Source: an uncultured Spirochaetia bacterium (GTDB taxonomy: Bacteria; Oederibacteriota; PGYV01; CAYGHG01). Taken from it: 48,258 nt of DNA. Position numbers and translations under genes: made by a program. Shown here one piece after another: positions 19,843 to 29,255 of the stretch (the first letter of the stretch is position 1; each line of letters begins with the position of its first letter). The notes under the pieces are model-generated. The model saw only the letters and a program-made list of their open reading frames with translations. It was not told the origin of the DNA and did not search any database. The stretch spans positions 1 through 48,258 of the forward strand of contig CAYGHG010000005.1 of NCBI GenBank assembly GCA_964349515.1, given 5' to 3'.

Positions 19843-20799
19843 TTAATCCATGTATTTTATGAAAGCTTTTCCCTTTATCAGTTTCACCCAGTCTTCCCAC
19901 ATTGATTCAACCTTATTCTCCATTATCCTCATCCTTACCTTGTCCTTTATATCTTCAAGAGGCGCCTTCTTACCCTCCTTGTAATTTACAATCTTAAAAA
20001 AGTGGTAAGCGCCCTGTGTTTCAACCGGCCCCGCGGTTTTTCCTTTCTTTGGGCTTGAAAGCGCCCTTCTAATTGATGCGTCCATCTGGGTCGTGTCCAC
20101 CCACCCAAGTTCGTTTACGCTTATTCCGCTTTTGGATTTAACCGACGAAGCAACAGCATCAAACGGCTCACCGCCCTTTAACCTGCGGCTTATATCGGCC
20201 GCTGCCTGCGCAGCGCCTCCTTCGGTTTCATCCGCACTTAAGTAAATCTGGTTGAGGTTCATCTCGTCGTTGACTTTAAACTCATCGCCGTTTTTATCAT
20301 AGTAGGCCTTTATCTCATCATCGGAGACCGGCGCCTTTGCCACGAATTCCTGCTGTTTTTTCTGTTTTACTTTCGAAAAAACCAGGCTGTCACGCACCTG
20401 AGCGTCTATTTTAAATCTGAAATCAGAGTAAGACATTCCTTCCCTGCGCAGCGCCTCTTCAAAAGCAGCTTCATCCGGAAATTTTTTCCGCAGATTATCA
20501 ACAAACTCGCTGGTTTTGTCGGCAACCGCCTCCAGGCTGACCGCAATATTCTCGTCTTTTGCCATGGTTATAACTATTTTCTGATCAACAAGCCCCTGAA
20601 TAACCTTGTTTCTTAAATCTTTCCTGTCGGCCTTTTTTCCTGCCAATTCCGACTGGACTGCAAGAGCGTCAACGGCCTCCACAACCTCACTCTCCAATAT
20701 TACATCACTGTTTACTTTCGCTATTATCCTGTCCTGCACCGCGCCCAAAACCGGAAAAGCGGTTAAAGCCGCCAAAGCTGCGATAATTAACTGTTTCAT
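19843..20799 (-). CDS. SurA-like foldase (SurA N-domain plus parvulin domain)
   Basis: Signal peptide, DRIIAKVNSDVILESE, ELGWV, GPVETQGAYHFFK. Confidence 0.85.
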   Translation of the reverse strand: MKQLIIAALAALTAFPVLGAVQDRIIAKVNSDVILESEVVEAVDALAVQSELAGKKADRKDLRNKVIQGLVDQKIVITMAKDENIAVSLEAVADKTSEFVDNLRKKFPDEAAFEEALRREGMSYSDFRFKIDAQVRDSLVFSKVKQKKQQEFVAKAPVSDDEIKAYYDKNGDEFKVNDEMNLNQIYLSADETEGGAAQAAADISRRLKGGEPFDAVASSVKSKSGISVNELGWVDTTQMDASIRRALSSPKKGKTAGPVETQGAYHFFKIVNYKEGKKAPLEDIKDKVRMRIMENKVESMWEDWVKLIKGKAFIKYMD

Positions 20800-21728
20800 C
20801 TTTTTTCCTCCTTAAAGTGGCTGTTTATGTTTTCATCTTTTACGCTTATCTTTGCTTTTGCGCGCAAATCCTGCATCCAGAGATTAAGGTATTCGTCTTT
20901 CTTAACTTCATAATACTTTTCATAAACCTCATCCCTCATATGTTCGAACTTCGGCGTCTCAGCCTGCTTTACTTCAAGGCATTTAAAGATATGCCACCCG
21001 TACGGCGACTTTATTATGCCGCTTATCCTGCCGGGCTTCATCTTGAAAACCACCCTTGAAATAAAAGCGGGCATCTCTTTTTCGGCGAAAAAATCCAGAT
21101 CTCCGCCCCGTTCCGCCTCGGAAGTTATGGAGTGCTTTTTTGCGAGTTCCGAAAAATCCGCGCCGTTTTCAAGCTGCATCAGCAGTTCTTTCGCGGTTTC
21201 TTCCTCTTTTACCACTATCTGCGCAGCCCTGACTTTGTGCGCGCGCCTGAAATCAATTATATTCGTCCAGAAATAATCCTTTAACTCCCTTTCATCAACC
21301 CGCACACGTTCCTTCATAGCCGCATCTATTGCGTATTTTCTTATTACACGCCTCTTTACATCCTTCAGCCAGCGGCTGTATTTTACCCCTGACATCTCAA
21401 AAGCTTTTTTCATTTCAGAAGTATCATAACCGGGTGCAAACCTGCTGATTTCGATTTCCAGTTCTTCTTTGGAAATTTTTATTTTCCTGCTTTTCGCCTC
21501 TTCAAGTACAAGCCTGTCATTAATAAGAAGGTTCAAAAACTCATTTGCCTGGCGCCTGTTCGATATAGTTACTCCGTAAAGAGCTGACTTTTCCTTTAAA
21601 TTTCCGATAGTGACGCACTCTTTATTAACCATCGCAATGACTTCGTCTTGGGGCGTAAAAAGGCACCTGCTGCAGCCCGAAGCAATAAAAAACAAAACAG
21701 CTGCGGCGCCCAGAAATCGGGCATTCAC
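20796..21728 (-). CDS. PrsA/PpiC-type peptidyl-prolyl isomerase lipoprotein
   Basis: IASGC lipobox, GADFSELAKKHS, GGDLDFF, SGIIKSPYGWHIFK. Confidence 0.9.
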   Translation of the reverse strand: MNARFLGAAAVLFFIASGCSRCLFTPQDEVIAMVNKECVTIGNLKEKSALYGVTISNRRQANEFLNLLINDRLVLEEAKSRKIKISKEELEIEISRFAPGYDTSEMKKAFEMSGVKYSRWLKDVKRRVIRKYAIDAAMKERVRVDERELKDYFWTNIIDFRRAHKVRAAQIVVKEEETAKELLMQLENGADFSELAKKHSITSEAERGGDLDFFAEKEMPAFISRVVFKMKPGRISGIIKSPYGWHIFKCLEVKQAETPKFEHMRDEVYEKYYEVKKDEYLNLWMQDLRAKAKISVKDENINSHFKEEKR

Positions 21729-21744
21729 TATTTATACCCGGCTC

Positions 21745-22410
21745 TCACTGGTTAAGCTGAAGCCCGTTGCCCTGAGGCATAAACATATCGGGCGTTCCAA
21801 ACGCAGACTCATTTACCTTTATTTCAGCGCCTGTTTTTAATCCGTCCACCCATTTCTGCCTTGCAATGGAGAGCCTTATTTCATCTTTTATGGTTTCATA
21901 TTTTTCAACTTTAGCGTTCGGGTCCTGTCTTTTCATTCCTTCGGAATAGTTTTTGTACTGTTCCCTTATCTCGCTTTCATCCACGTTGACTTCCGCAAAA
22001 TCTTTTGTGCCCAGCACTTCCCTGATTACGATCTCCCTGCGGGCTATATCCGAAGCCTTCTGTTTCTGATTTTTCAGCGCCGCCATCTGCTCCTCGGCAT
22101 CCGCAATCAGGTTTTTTTCCTGATCTTTGATTTTACTTTGTACATCTTCCTTGTCAAGAATTCCGCTCTTTTTCGCTTCCTGAAGCAGCAGTTCCGCAAT
22201 GACAAGGTTGTCTAAAATTCTTTTTTTCATTTCAGGGCTCTGCGCCATCATTTTATACTGCGAAGGCAGGCTTGCTATTTCGTATTCCAGGTCTTCAACT
22301 GAGATTTTTACGCCGTTTACAACCGCCGCATCCTCAGATTTTTTTGCGCATCCCGCAAAAACAAAAACCAGTAAAGCCGCCATTAATACAAAAACTGATA
22401 CTTTTTTCAT
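21745..22410 (-). CDS. SurA N-terminal-domain lipoprotein with no parvulin domain
   Basis: MKK..FVFAGC lipobox at the reassigned start 22410 (GGAG RBS); AVVNGVKIS, ILDNLVIAELLLQEAKKSG. Confidence 0.75.
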   Translation of the reverse strand: MKKVSVFVLMAALLVFVFAGCAKKSEDAAVVNGVKISVEDLEYEIASLPSQYKMMAQSPEMKKRILDNLVIAELLLQEAKKSGILDKEDVQSKIKDQEKNLIADAEEQMAALKNQKQKASDIARREIVIREVLGTKDFAEVNVDESEIREQYKNYSEGMKRQDPNAKVEKYETIKDEIRLSIARQKWVDGLKTGAEIKVNESAFGTPDMFMPQGNGLQLNQ

Positions 22411-22455
22411 AATTTCTCCCTTCGTATTGCCTCTTTTCAGAGGCGGTTTCTTAAT

Positions 22456-22484
22456 AAAATACCACAATGCAAAACATTTGGCAA
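22456..22484 (-). promoter_or_regulatory. Sigma70-type promoter for the foldase-argCJ cluster
   Basis: TTGCCA, 17 bp spacer, TGg-extended TATTTT. Confidence 0.45.
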
Positions 22485-22597
22485 ACTATAAAACAAGCCG
22501 TTACTTCAAAGATTTAGACGGCTGAGCGCTGCAAGTTGTTTCATATGCAGAATAATACCCGGTTTGCTTTTAACAGGCGGACAATACAGAACAGTCA

Positions 22598-23248
22598 CTA
22601 CTCTTCCTTGTTAAAGTATACCCCGTTTTTGCCGATTAGCCTGAGTTTATGATCCCTTGTCTCGCTTTCAATATAGCCTACTCCCTGAGCATAGACATGT
22701 TTTTCCTTTACTTCTTTTTTATCCTTATCAGTAAGTGTTGTTTCCACCACACAGTATTTTACCGTGCGCCCCTCAACCTTTATTTCACCCGTCTTTATGG
22801 TTTTGTAGCGTAAGTAAACACTGTCCCTAAAATCAAAAAGAAACACCGACGCGCGCGCATTAAGGGTATTTGCCCATTCATCACCCTCGTTTACGGGGTA
22901 TTTAAGTATCATAGTAGGTTCGCTGAAAAATACATCCGTCGTCATAAACCCCAAAAACGGCACAGGGTAGCGCATGGCTTTCATATAAATGCCTGTCGGT
23001 TCCTCTTTCAGCAAATAAGCAAGATCCATAGTGTCTGCCCTGCACCATAAAAAACCCTTTTCATTTTCATTAACCGGGCCGGTAAAGATCAAGCTTACGT
23101 GCAGTTCTTTAAGCGGCTCGACAGCTTTAAATGCGCTGTAATGATAAACAGCGCCTTCAGACATAGGATAATAAGATTCATATGCGTAACAGGTAAAAAA
23201 AGGAGAAAAAAGAAATAAAACCGGCGCCCAAATGCGCGGATGGTTCAT
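22598..23248 (-). CDS. Secreted hypothetical protein (TapB/DUF3108-like beta-rich)
   Basis: Signal peptide; YYPM..G..Y.Y, LKYPVNEGDEW, YAQGVGYI motifs. Confidence 0.55.
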   Translation of the reverse strand: MNHPRIWAPVLFLFSPFFTCYAYESYYPMSEGAVYHYSAFKAVEPLKELHVSLIFTGPVNENEKGFLWCRADTMDLAYLLKEEPTGIYMKAMRYPVPFLGFMTTDVFFSEPTMILKYPVNEGDEWANTLNARASVFLFDFRDSVYLRYKTIKTGEIKVEGRTVKYCVVETTLTDKDKKEVKEKHVYAQGVGYIESETRDHKLRLIGKNGVYFNKEE

Positions 23249-23592
23249 CGGTTACAGGGAGGGTTGTATTTGTAAAGCAGGTGCCGGTAAATCAGCTCCT
23301 TTTTTTTGGGCATAAGGCCCGGTGTCGGGCAGATACCCATGTAAAGGTTCTCCTCTGATTTTGCGCCTTCAACCCAGCTTGCAAACTTTTTATGCGTGGC
23401 AGGAAAGCCTTCTGACTTTATCTCTTCGGTATCTCCAAGATACAGTATGCCGAAATCGGCAACTCTTTTTTCGGGGTTTTTAAGGTAGAAAATACCGTAA
23501 ATTCCGTCAATAACATCTATTGCATCCTCTTCCATATAGTCTTTTACGCCCTTGGGCCCGCTGAATACATAGCCCGCAAGTATTATGCTCAT
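23245..23592 (-). CDS. Small GIY-YIG-like protein
   Basis: GIYGIF...ILYLGDT...HKK..SW...YNPPCN. Start moved to ATG 23592 (AGGGAG RBS). Confidence 0.55.
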   Translation of the reverse strand: MSIILAGYVFSGPKGVKDYMEEDAIDVIDGIYGIFYLKNPEKRVADFGILYLGDTEEIKSEGFPATHKKFASWVEGAKSEENLYMGICPTPGLMPKKKELIYRHLLYKYNPPCNR

Positions 23593-23623
23593 CCGGTTCT
23601 CCCTGTCGGTAAAATATGCAGAT

Positions 23624-23652
23624 AATATAGCAAAAATCGGGGTTTTCCGCAA
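23624..23652 (-). promoter_or_regulatory. Sigma70-type promoter
   Basis: TTGCGG, 17 bp spacer, TGc-extended TATATT, upstream of the 23592 start. Confidence 0.45.
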
Positions 23653-23833
23653 TTGAAATAAAACCATTTTTATCAAAAAATATAATAAAAACGGCCTTTT
23701 TAGGGCCTTTCTGTAATGCTGCAGCGAATCTTCATATTCTTATGCCTTCTTAATATTTAAAAATCCAGCCGCTGTAATGCGCATATCTTCTGTCTATTGC
23801 CTTCTGTCTTAACTTATAGCTTATAGCTTGTCT

Positions 23834-24949
23834 TTATATTTCATGTATCAGATAAAACACCGGGAGCCTTCCCTCTTCTATTGCCTGCCCGAGCGCAATC
23901 GTTATTTTCATTTTTGTTTTTTTCCTGAAGGTCATATTGAAAACTATGCCGGCACCCACGGAATATTTGTAATTACCTATACCCATTATCTTTCTTCCGT
24001 CGCCGGCGCAGCCTATGTCTCCTATCACAAACATCGAAAGGCTCTTAAACTCAAAAAGCGGTATTGACCAGTCTATTTTATCAAACACCCGGAAATCATA
24101 TCTCATCCTTCCGAAGACAGAGTAATGCCCTTCAAACTCATCATGGTTGTAACCGATCAGCCTGTCATACCCTCCCAGCCTGTAGCGTTTCCATAGAGGA
24201 AGGTTGTAATTCTCCAGCAGGTATCCGCCCCTGTAAAAAATGCCGAGTTCCCGCTCTTGCCCGTATCTCAAATGTATGTCCGAATCAACATTGAGAAGTA
24301 TGTAGTTATAAATATTGCCTTCGTAAGGAATGCTGTTTTCGACCCCTGTTTTCAAAATAAAAAAATCCCTGTTCAGTACATCCTTAAAAACCGCCTCAAA
24401 CCTGCTCCTCAGCACCAGAAGGTTTCCTTCGTCTGCGCTGAATGGCTCCTGAAGCTGCGCAACATAAAATGTCTCGGAGCTGATCTCTTCGCGCAGTTTA
24501 AAAAAACCAAACAGTTCCGGAGTTTCAATGCCTCCGCCGAAACCTTTTACTTTTTGCAGGTATTTTCTCTGCTCATAGATGCTTTCAAGTTTAATGTCGT
24601 CATACAGCCTGAAAGATACTGGTGTTATCAGATCGAGAGTGTATTTTATCTGGTAATTTATCTGGCTGTAAATGTAATTATACCTGGTATAACCTTCAAG
24701 GATTGTCTCCCCCATTCTGTGCTTAATCCCCATTTCGGTGTTTGTATCCGGCAGCACAATCTTAAAGGTGGGGGTCAGGTTGAATTCCAACTCCTTTACT
24801 TTGAGTTGAAACATGCTTTCTATCCTGTCCGCCATTTCATCTATGGTTTCCGCTGTTTTCGTATTCGCTTCGTTGTCAGCCTCCTGTGCGTTCAATGCAC
24901 ATAGAAACAAAAGCAGCGGCAATACAATCAGGGCTGTTTTTTTTGCCAT
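23834..24949 (-). CDS. Outer-membrane beta-barrel, Omp85/BamA-TamA-like C-terminal half
   Basis: Signal peptide; YRLGGYDRLIGY loop-6-like motif; F..GDIG, YSVGAGI strands; 22 bp overlap with rarA. Confidence 0.6.
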   Translation of the reverse strand: MAKKTALIVLPLLLFLCALNAQEADNEANTKTAETIDEMADRIESMFQLKVKELEFNLTPTFKIVLPDTNTEMGIKHRMGETILEGYTRYNYIYSQINYQIKYTLDLITPVSFRLYDDIKLESIYEQRKYLQKVKGFGGGIETPELFGFFKLREEISSETFYVAQLQEPFSADEGNLLVLRSRFEAVFKDVLNRDFFILKTGVENSIPYEGNIYNYILLNVDSDIHLRYGQERELGIFYRGGYLLENYNLPLWKRYRLGGYDRLIGYNHDEFEGHYSVFGRMRYDFRVFDKIDWSIPLFEFKSLSMFVIGDIGCAGDGRKIMGIGNYKYSVGAGIVFNMTFRKKTKMKITIALGQAIEEGRLPVFYLIHEI

Positions 24950-26238
24950 TGTTCCAGCCTTTGTTTTATTCCGGCCTCAAAGCCCGCGTTTTTTGGCTCA
25001 TAGTACTTTCTTCCCTTCAGTTTTTCAGGCATATGGTCCTGATCTATTTGGGCATTTTCAAAATCGTGGGCGTATTTGTACCCTTTGCCATATCCGAACT
25101 CCTTCATCATTTTTGTCGGCGCGTTCCTGATATGAAGCGGCACAGGCTCGTCCCGGAATTCCCGCGAGTCCTTCAATGCCGCCGAAAAAGCAGTATAACA
25201 TGCATTGCTTTTAGGCGCACACGCCAGATAAACCGCAGCCTGCGCTAGAGCGAGTTCCCCCTCAGGGTGCCCGAGAAACTCAAAAGCATCCTTTGCCGCG
25301 AGTGCCAGAACCAGTGCCTGCGGGTCTGCATTTCCTATATCCTCGCTTGCAAAACGCACCATCCTGCGCGCTATATACAGCGGTTCCTCCCCGCCTTCAA
25401 GCATCCGCGCCATCCAGTACAGCGACGCGTCAGGGTCAGAGTCGCGAAGAGACTTGTGAAGCGCGGAAATAATATTATAATGTTCTTCGCCGTTTTTGTC
25501 ATAAAAAGCGGCCTTTTTACCGGCCGCAGACTCTACATCTTCGCGCGTCAGCACCGCCGGCCCTTTCTTAACAGCAGCAGACATCTCCACTATATTGAGC
25601 GCTCGCCTCGCGTCTCCGTTTGACACACGGTCAATAAAATCAAGCGCCTCTTCCGAAATCGTAAGCCCTGATGCGCCGATGCCCATTTCATCATCCGATA
25701 GCGCCCTGCTTATTATCGCCGCAAGCGCGTCTTTTTGCAGCGGCTCTAAACGCACCACTTTTGCCCTTGATAAAAGAGCGGAATTAACCTCAAAAGACGG
25801 GTTTTCGGTTGTAGCGCCTATCAGTATAACTGTCCCGTCCTCAACGTGCGGCAAAAATGCATCCTGTTGTGCTTTGTTAAATCTGTGTATTTCATCAATA
25901 AATAGGATGGTTTTTCTGTGCAGCCTCAAATTGATCTTCGCCTTTTCTATTGTTTCTTTTACATCTTTAATTCCCGAAGAAACGGCCGACATCGGTATGA
26001 ACTCGGCATTTATCATGCCCGCAATTATCAGAGCAAGCGTTGTTTTACCCGTGCCCGGCGGGCCCCAAAAAATCATAGAGGGTATTTTTCCTTCATTTAA
26101 TGCCTTTTTCAGAAAGCTGTTTTCACCCACTGCCTCTTCCTGCCCCATAAACTCTTCCAGTTTCGCGGGCCTTACCCTATAGGCAAGAGGTCCTGATTTT
26201 TTCCTGATACCGTCAATTCCCGCGTCAAAAAGGTTCAT
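24928..26238 (-). CDS. rarA: Replication-associated recombination protein A (MgsA/RarA AAA+ ATPase)
   Basis: PLAYRVRP, WGPPGTGKT, DEIHRFNKAQQD, GATTENPSF, ISALHKSLRDSDPD, VPLHIRNAPT. Confidence 0.98.
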   Translation of the reverse strand: MNLFDAGIDGIRKKSGPLAYRVRPAKLEEFMGQEEAVGENSFLKKALNEGKIPSMIFWGPPGTGKTTLALIIAGMINAEFIPMSAVSSGIKDVKETIEKAKINLRLHRKTILFIDEIHRFNKAQQDAFLPHVEDGTVILIGATTENPSFEVNSALLSRAKVVRLEPLQKDALAAIISRALSDDEMGIGASGLTISEEALDFIDRVSNGDARRALNIVEMSAAVKKGPAVLTREDVESAAGKKAAFYDKNGEEHYNIISALHKSLRDSDPDASLYWMARMLEGGEEPLYIARRMVRFASEDIGNADPQALVLALAAKDAFEFLGHPEGELALAQAAVYLACAPKSNACYTAFSAALKDSREFRDEPVPLHIRNAPTKMMKEFGYGKGYKYAHDFENAQIDQDHMPEKLKGRKYYEPKNAGFEAGIKQRLEQWQKKQP

Positions 26239-26241
26239 TCT

Positions 26242-27516
26242 TCAATCCATCTTGTTAATGAGGAAACCGGTCGCCAGTTTGGGAAGAAAATATGTGGACT
26301 TTTGCGGCATAGTTTCATTATTGAGAGATATCTCCTTAACCTCTCCAACGGTGGAAGGCTTAATCAGAAACGAAATTTTTGCGCCTGATTTCACCACGGC
26401 ATTTATCGCCTCATCAATATCGGGCGTGTATTCAAGCCCGTCAAAAAGTTCCGAATCATCCATCTTTAAAATGTCCGTGAAAAGCAGCCCGTGGAGCACA
26501 GACACATCAAGCATATAATAGGCCGTACTGCGTTCGCGCCTTTCAAGGGCTTTTTTATATTCATCCTTTTTAACCTCCAGCGTGAAACAGCCCGAGTTTG
26601 AAACCACGCCTATTATTTTTTTATGGTCAGGCGCAACAATCACTTTTCTTATCTCCGAAGCATTCTTGAATTTTTTCACAACAAAATACTTCTCCACCAT
26701 CGGGTCTTCCTCAAATTTTTCCCTGTTCCACTTATGCTTTACCCTATGGGTCGGAAGTATTGAGATTCCGGAGTGTTCCATGCTTATCAGGCACATCATT
26801 ATCGAATCAAACCGGGTGTCCGACTCATTTTTCGCCTTCATTTCATTACGGAAATTCATCGCAGTTTCATACCTGTGGTGTCCGTCGGCAATAAAAAGCT
26901 GCTTGTCCGCCATAAAGGCCTCAATCTTTTGCGCCTCAGCACCCTCTTCGATTTTCCACATTCTGTACCTGATATTCTTGGAATCCTTAAAATCCATAAA
27001 GGGGCCGGCTTTTGCAGTTTTCTCAAGTATTGAGTGCACTTTTTTTTCTTTGTCAAAATAAAGCGAGAGAATCGGGCTGGTATTTGACTTTGTTGCCCTC
27101 ATAAGTTCAAGCCTGTCCGCTTTCGGGCCGGAGTGAGTTCTTTCGTGCGGCAGCACTATCCGTTTTTCAAACTCCTCAATTTTTACGGCAGCAAAAAAGC
27201 CCGTCATCTCCTTTTTTTTTCCGTCCGGCAGCACATATTCCTGCCTGTAAACATAATAACCGCTTTTTTGATCCTCTTTCAGAATGTTTTTGTCAATCCA
27301 ATCTTTCATGAACGCGGCGGCTCTCGTATATTTGTTTTCAGAATCCGTGTCTCCGGCCAGTTTTTCGCCCTTGTCAATCCTTACTATGTTGTAGGGGCTG
27401 CTTTCATAATACTCACTGGTATCTTTAATAATGTCATAAGGCGGCATTATAACCTGCTGCAAAGATACATTACCCGTATTAAACCTTAACGCACTGAATG
27501 GTTTCACAACTGCCAT
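26242..27516 (-). CDS. DUF1015 family protein
   Basis: PPYDII, VLPHERT, IADGHHRYE, ILPTHR, MPQKSTYFLPK. Confidence 0.93.
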   Translation of the reverse strand: MAVVKPFSALRFNTGNVSLQQVIMPPYDIIKDTSEYYESSPYNIVRIDKGEKLAGDTDSENKYTRAAAFMKDWIDKNILKEDQKSGYYVYRQEYVLPDGKKKEMTGFFAAVKIEEFEKRIVLPHERTHSGPKADRLELMRATKSNTSPILSLYFDKEKKVHSILEKTAKAGPFMDFKDSKNIRYRMWKIEEGAEAQKIEAFMADKQLFIADGHHRYETAMNFRNEMKAKNESDTRFDSIMMCLISMEHSGISILPTHRVKHKWNREKFEEDPMVEKYFVVKKFKNASEIRKVIVAPDHKKIIGVVSNSGCFTLEVKKDEYKKALERRERSTAYYMLDVSVLHGLLFTDILKMDDSELFDGLEYTPDIDEAINAVVKSGAKISFLIKPSTVGEVKEISLNNETMPQKSTYFLPKLATGFLINKMD

Positions 27517-27528
27517 ATTTTACCTCCG

Positions 27529-28860
27529 TCAAATATTGTATTTAAGCGAAGGTTTTTTTAACACCTGCGCCCCTTTTTCCTCAACATTCTCTTTATTAAC
27601 GTGCAGTTCCATTCCGTAAAGTTCCGCCATAAATACAGCCTGAGCCTCAAAAAGGCATACAAACTGTCCTATAGAAAACTCATCAACTGACGGGAGGTTT
27701 ATTGAGAGTCCCGGAAACCCGCGCGAAGCCAGTGAACGCTCAAGTTCAGCCTGCGAACCCCGTATAACACCTGACATCCGTCCGGAACTCAAAACCCTGC
27801 CGGGTTCAGGACCGCCGTTTGTCCCGGGTATGGCACAGTCACAGCCGCCGCTTCCCGAATTCACAAAAGTAAAAATAGTGTCTGTTCTTTTTCCTGAAAA
27901 AAGCCTGTAATCCATACCGTTTAACCGCGGCCGAGGCAGGACAAAAGGCCTTAAACCCGGCTGCCTCGCCCCTTTTCCAGCAAGCGAATCAGACCAGAGT
28001 TCTGACACCCATTCAAGAAGGCCTTTCAGCGACCCCGCGGAAGGCGCCAAAGCCGCCATCCTGTGCGCTTTGAGCGTATCACACAGATAGTAAAGCGCCG
28101 CCGTAATATGCGCCGGATTTTTGCTTAAATCTGAATTAGAGCACCTGTCGTCCATATGTGCGGCGCCCTTAAGAAGTTCGTCAATATTCACGCCGGCACA
28201 TGCCATAGGAAGCAGCCCTGCTGCCGACAGCGCAGAAAAAGCCCCGCTGACATTTGCAGGCGCCCTGAAAGAAACAAGCCCAAACTTGCGCGCAAGTTCC
28301 GCTGTCGGGCCTTTCTCGCTGTCTGTAGTTATTATCACATGATCTTTGACCGATTTCTTTCCGGCCTTTTTAACTATCGCAGACCAAAGAAGCCTTATCA
28401 CTGCGGCATCTGTTTCAGATGAAGGGTCTTTTATGCATATGTTGTATACAGTTCTTTTTATGTCTGCCGCGCCTATTGCCGCGCTTATTCCCGAAAGGTC
28501 CCCGTTTTCAATGCTTTTTACCTTTAGAGGCTTCCTACCTGTTTTTGTACGGTCCCGCGGCTTTAATGCCTTTATGATGCTTTCAGCCGCGGATAAAGCA
28601 GGGTCTGTCCCTGCAAGAATAAGCGTATCAAACCTTGATTTGATTATTTCAGCGGTTTTTTTAACCTCTTCCCTTGCCTTCACGTCATACGGCAGGTACA
28701 TAAACGCAAGAAGCCCGTCATCCCTTTTCTGCCTTATATTTAAAGCACATTCTGCCGCCTTCGAATATATGGATTTCAGTTCCCGCGGGGTTAAGCCCGC
28801 TTTTCCCGCGTATTCGTACATCACATTTGAATAGTCTATTTTGAGCGTATTTCTTTTCAT
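27529..28860 (-). CDS. Glucose-6-phosphate isomerase-like SIS protein lacking the catalytic motifs
   Basis: Colinear with Pgi (F..LPY, TTD..KG, FS.LS..GLLP..CAG.NI.ELL.GA, NPA, GQF..LFE), but the GIGGS, SKSG, GGR, ES.GK, DQH and QPGVE.GK motifs are all replaced. Confidence 0.75.
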   Translation of the reverse strand: MKRNTLKIDYSNVMYEYAGKAGLTPRELKSIYSKAAECALNIRQKRDDGLLAFMYLPYDVKAREEVKKTAEIIKSRFDTLILAGTDPALSAAESIIKALKPRDRTKTGRKPLKVKSIENGDLSGISAAIGAADIKRTVYNICIKDPSSETDAAVIRLLWSAIVKKAGKKSVKDHVIITTDSEKGPTAELARKFGLVSFRAPANVSGAFSALSAAGLLPMACAGVNIDELLKGAAHMDDRCSNSDLSKNPAHITAALYYLCDTLKAHRMAALAPSAGSLKGLLEWVSELWSDSLAGKGARQPGLRPFVLPRPRLNGMDYRLFSGKRTDTIFTFVNSGSGGCDCAIPGTNGGPEPGRVLSSGRMSGVIRGSQAELERSLASRGFPGLSINLPSVDEFSIGQFVCLFEAQAVFMAELYGMELHVNKENVEEKGAQVLKKPSLKYNI

Positions 28861-28886
28861 CCATCCACCTTTCAGCAGGCAGTTTG

Positions 28887-29255
28887 TCAGTAATACAAAA
28901 TCATATTTAAAACAGCCGAAACAACTGCAAACGACAATACGGACACTGTGTAATAAACCTTATTATCGTCAAAAGAACCCATCTCAGGGTTCCACCTTGA
29001 CTGTTCGGAGGCTTTAACAGCATACAACGCCGCTGAAGACAGAATAAATCCAAAAGGAACCGCACCTACGATACTGACGCTTAAATCCGCATAGAGTGTG
29101 TTGGGGGCGTGTTTTTCAAATACATAAGCAGGCGCATAGTTGAATTCAGCGCTGCTTGTAAGAGAAGCGTAGAACTCTCTCTCATCACCTGTTTCATATG
29201 AATACGCTCCGGCAGCAGCGGTTAAAAATGCCGCAAGCAGCAGGAACTTCTTCAT
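28887..29255 (-). CDS. Hypothetical exported or membrane protein
   Basis: Signal peptide plus two hydrophobic segments; abuts the hisG stop. Confidence 0.6.
   Translation of the reverse strand: MKKFLLLAAFLTAAAGAYSYETGDEREFYASLTSSAEFNYAPAYVFEKHAPNTLYADLSVSIVGAVPFGFILSSAALYAVKASEQSRWNPEMGSFDDNKVYYTVSVLSFAVVSAVLNMILYY

Noticed and set aside
27529..28860. Calling this gene pgi or a pseudogene
   Set aside because: The catalytic motifs are missing, so the symbol is unsupported, but the ORF is intact with no frameshift or internal stop.
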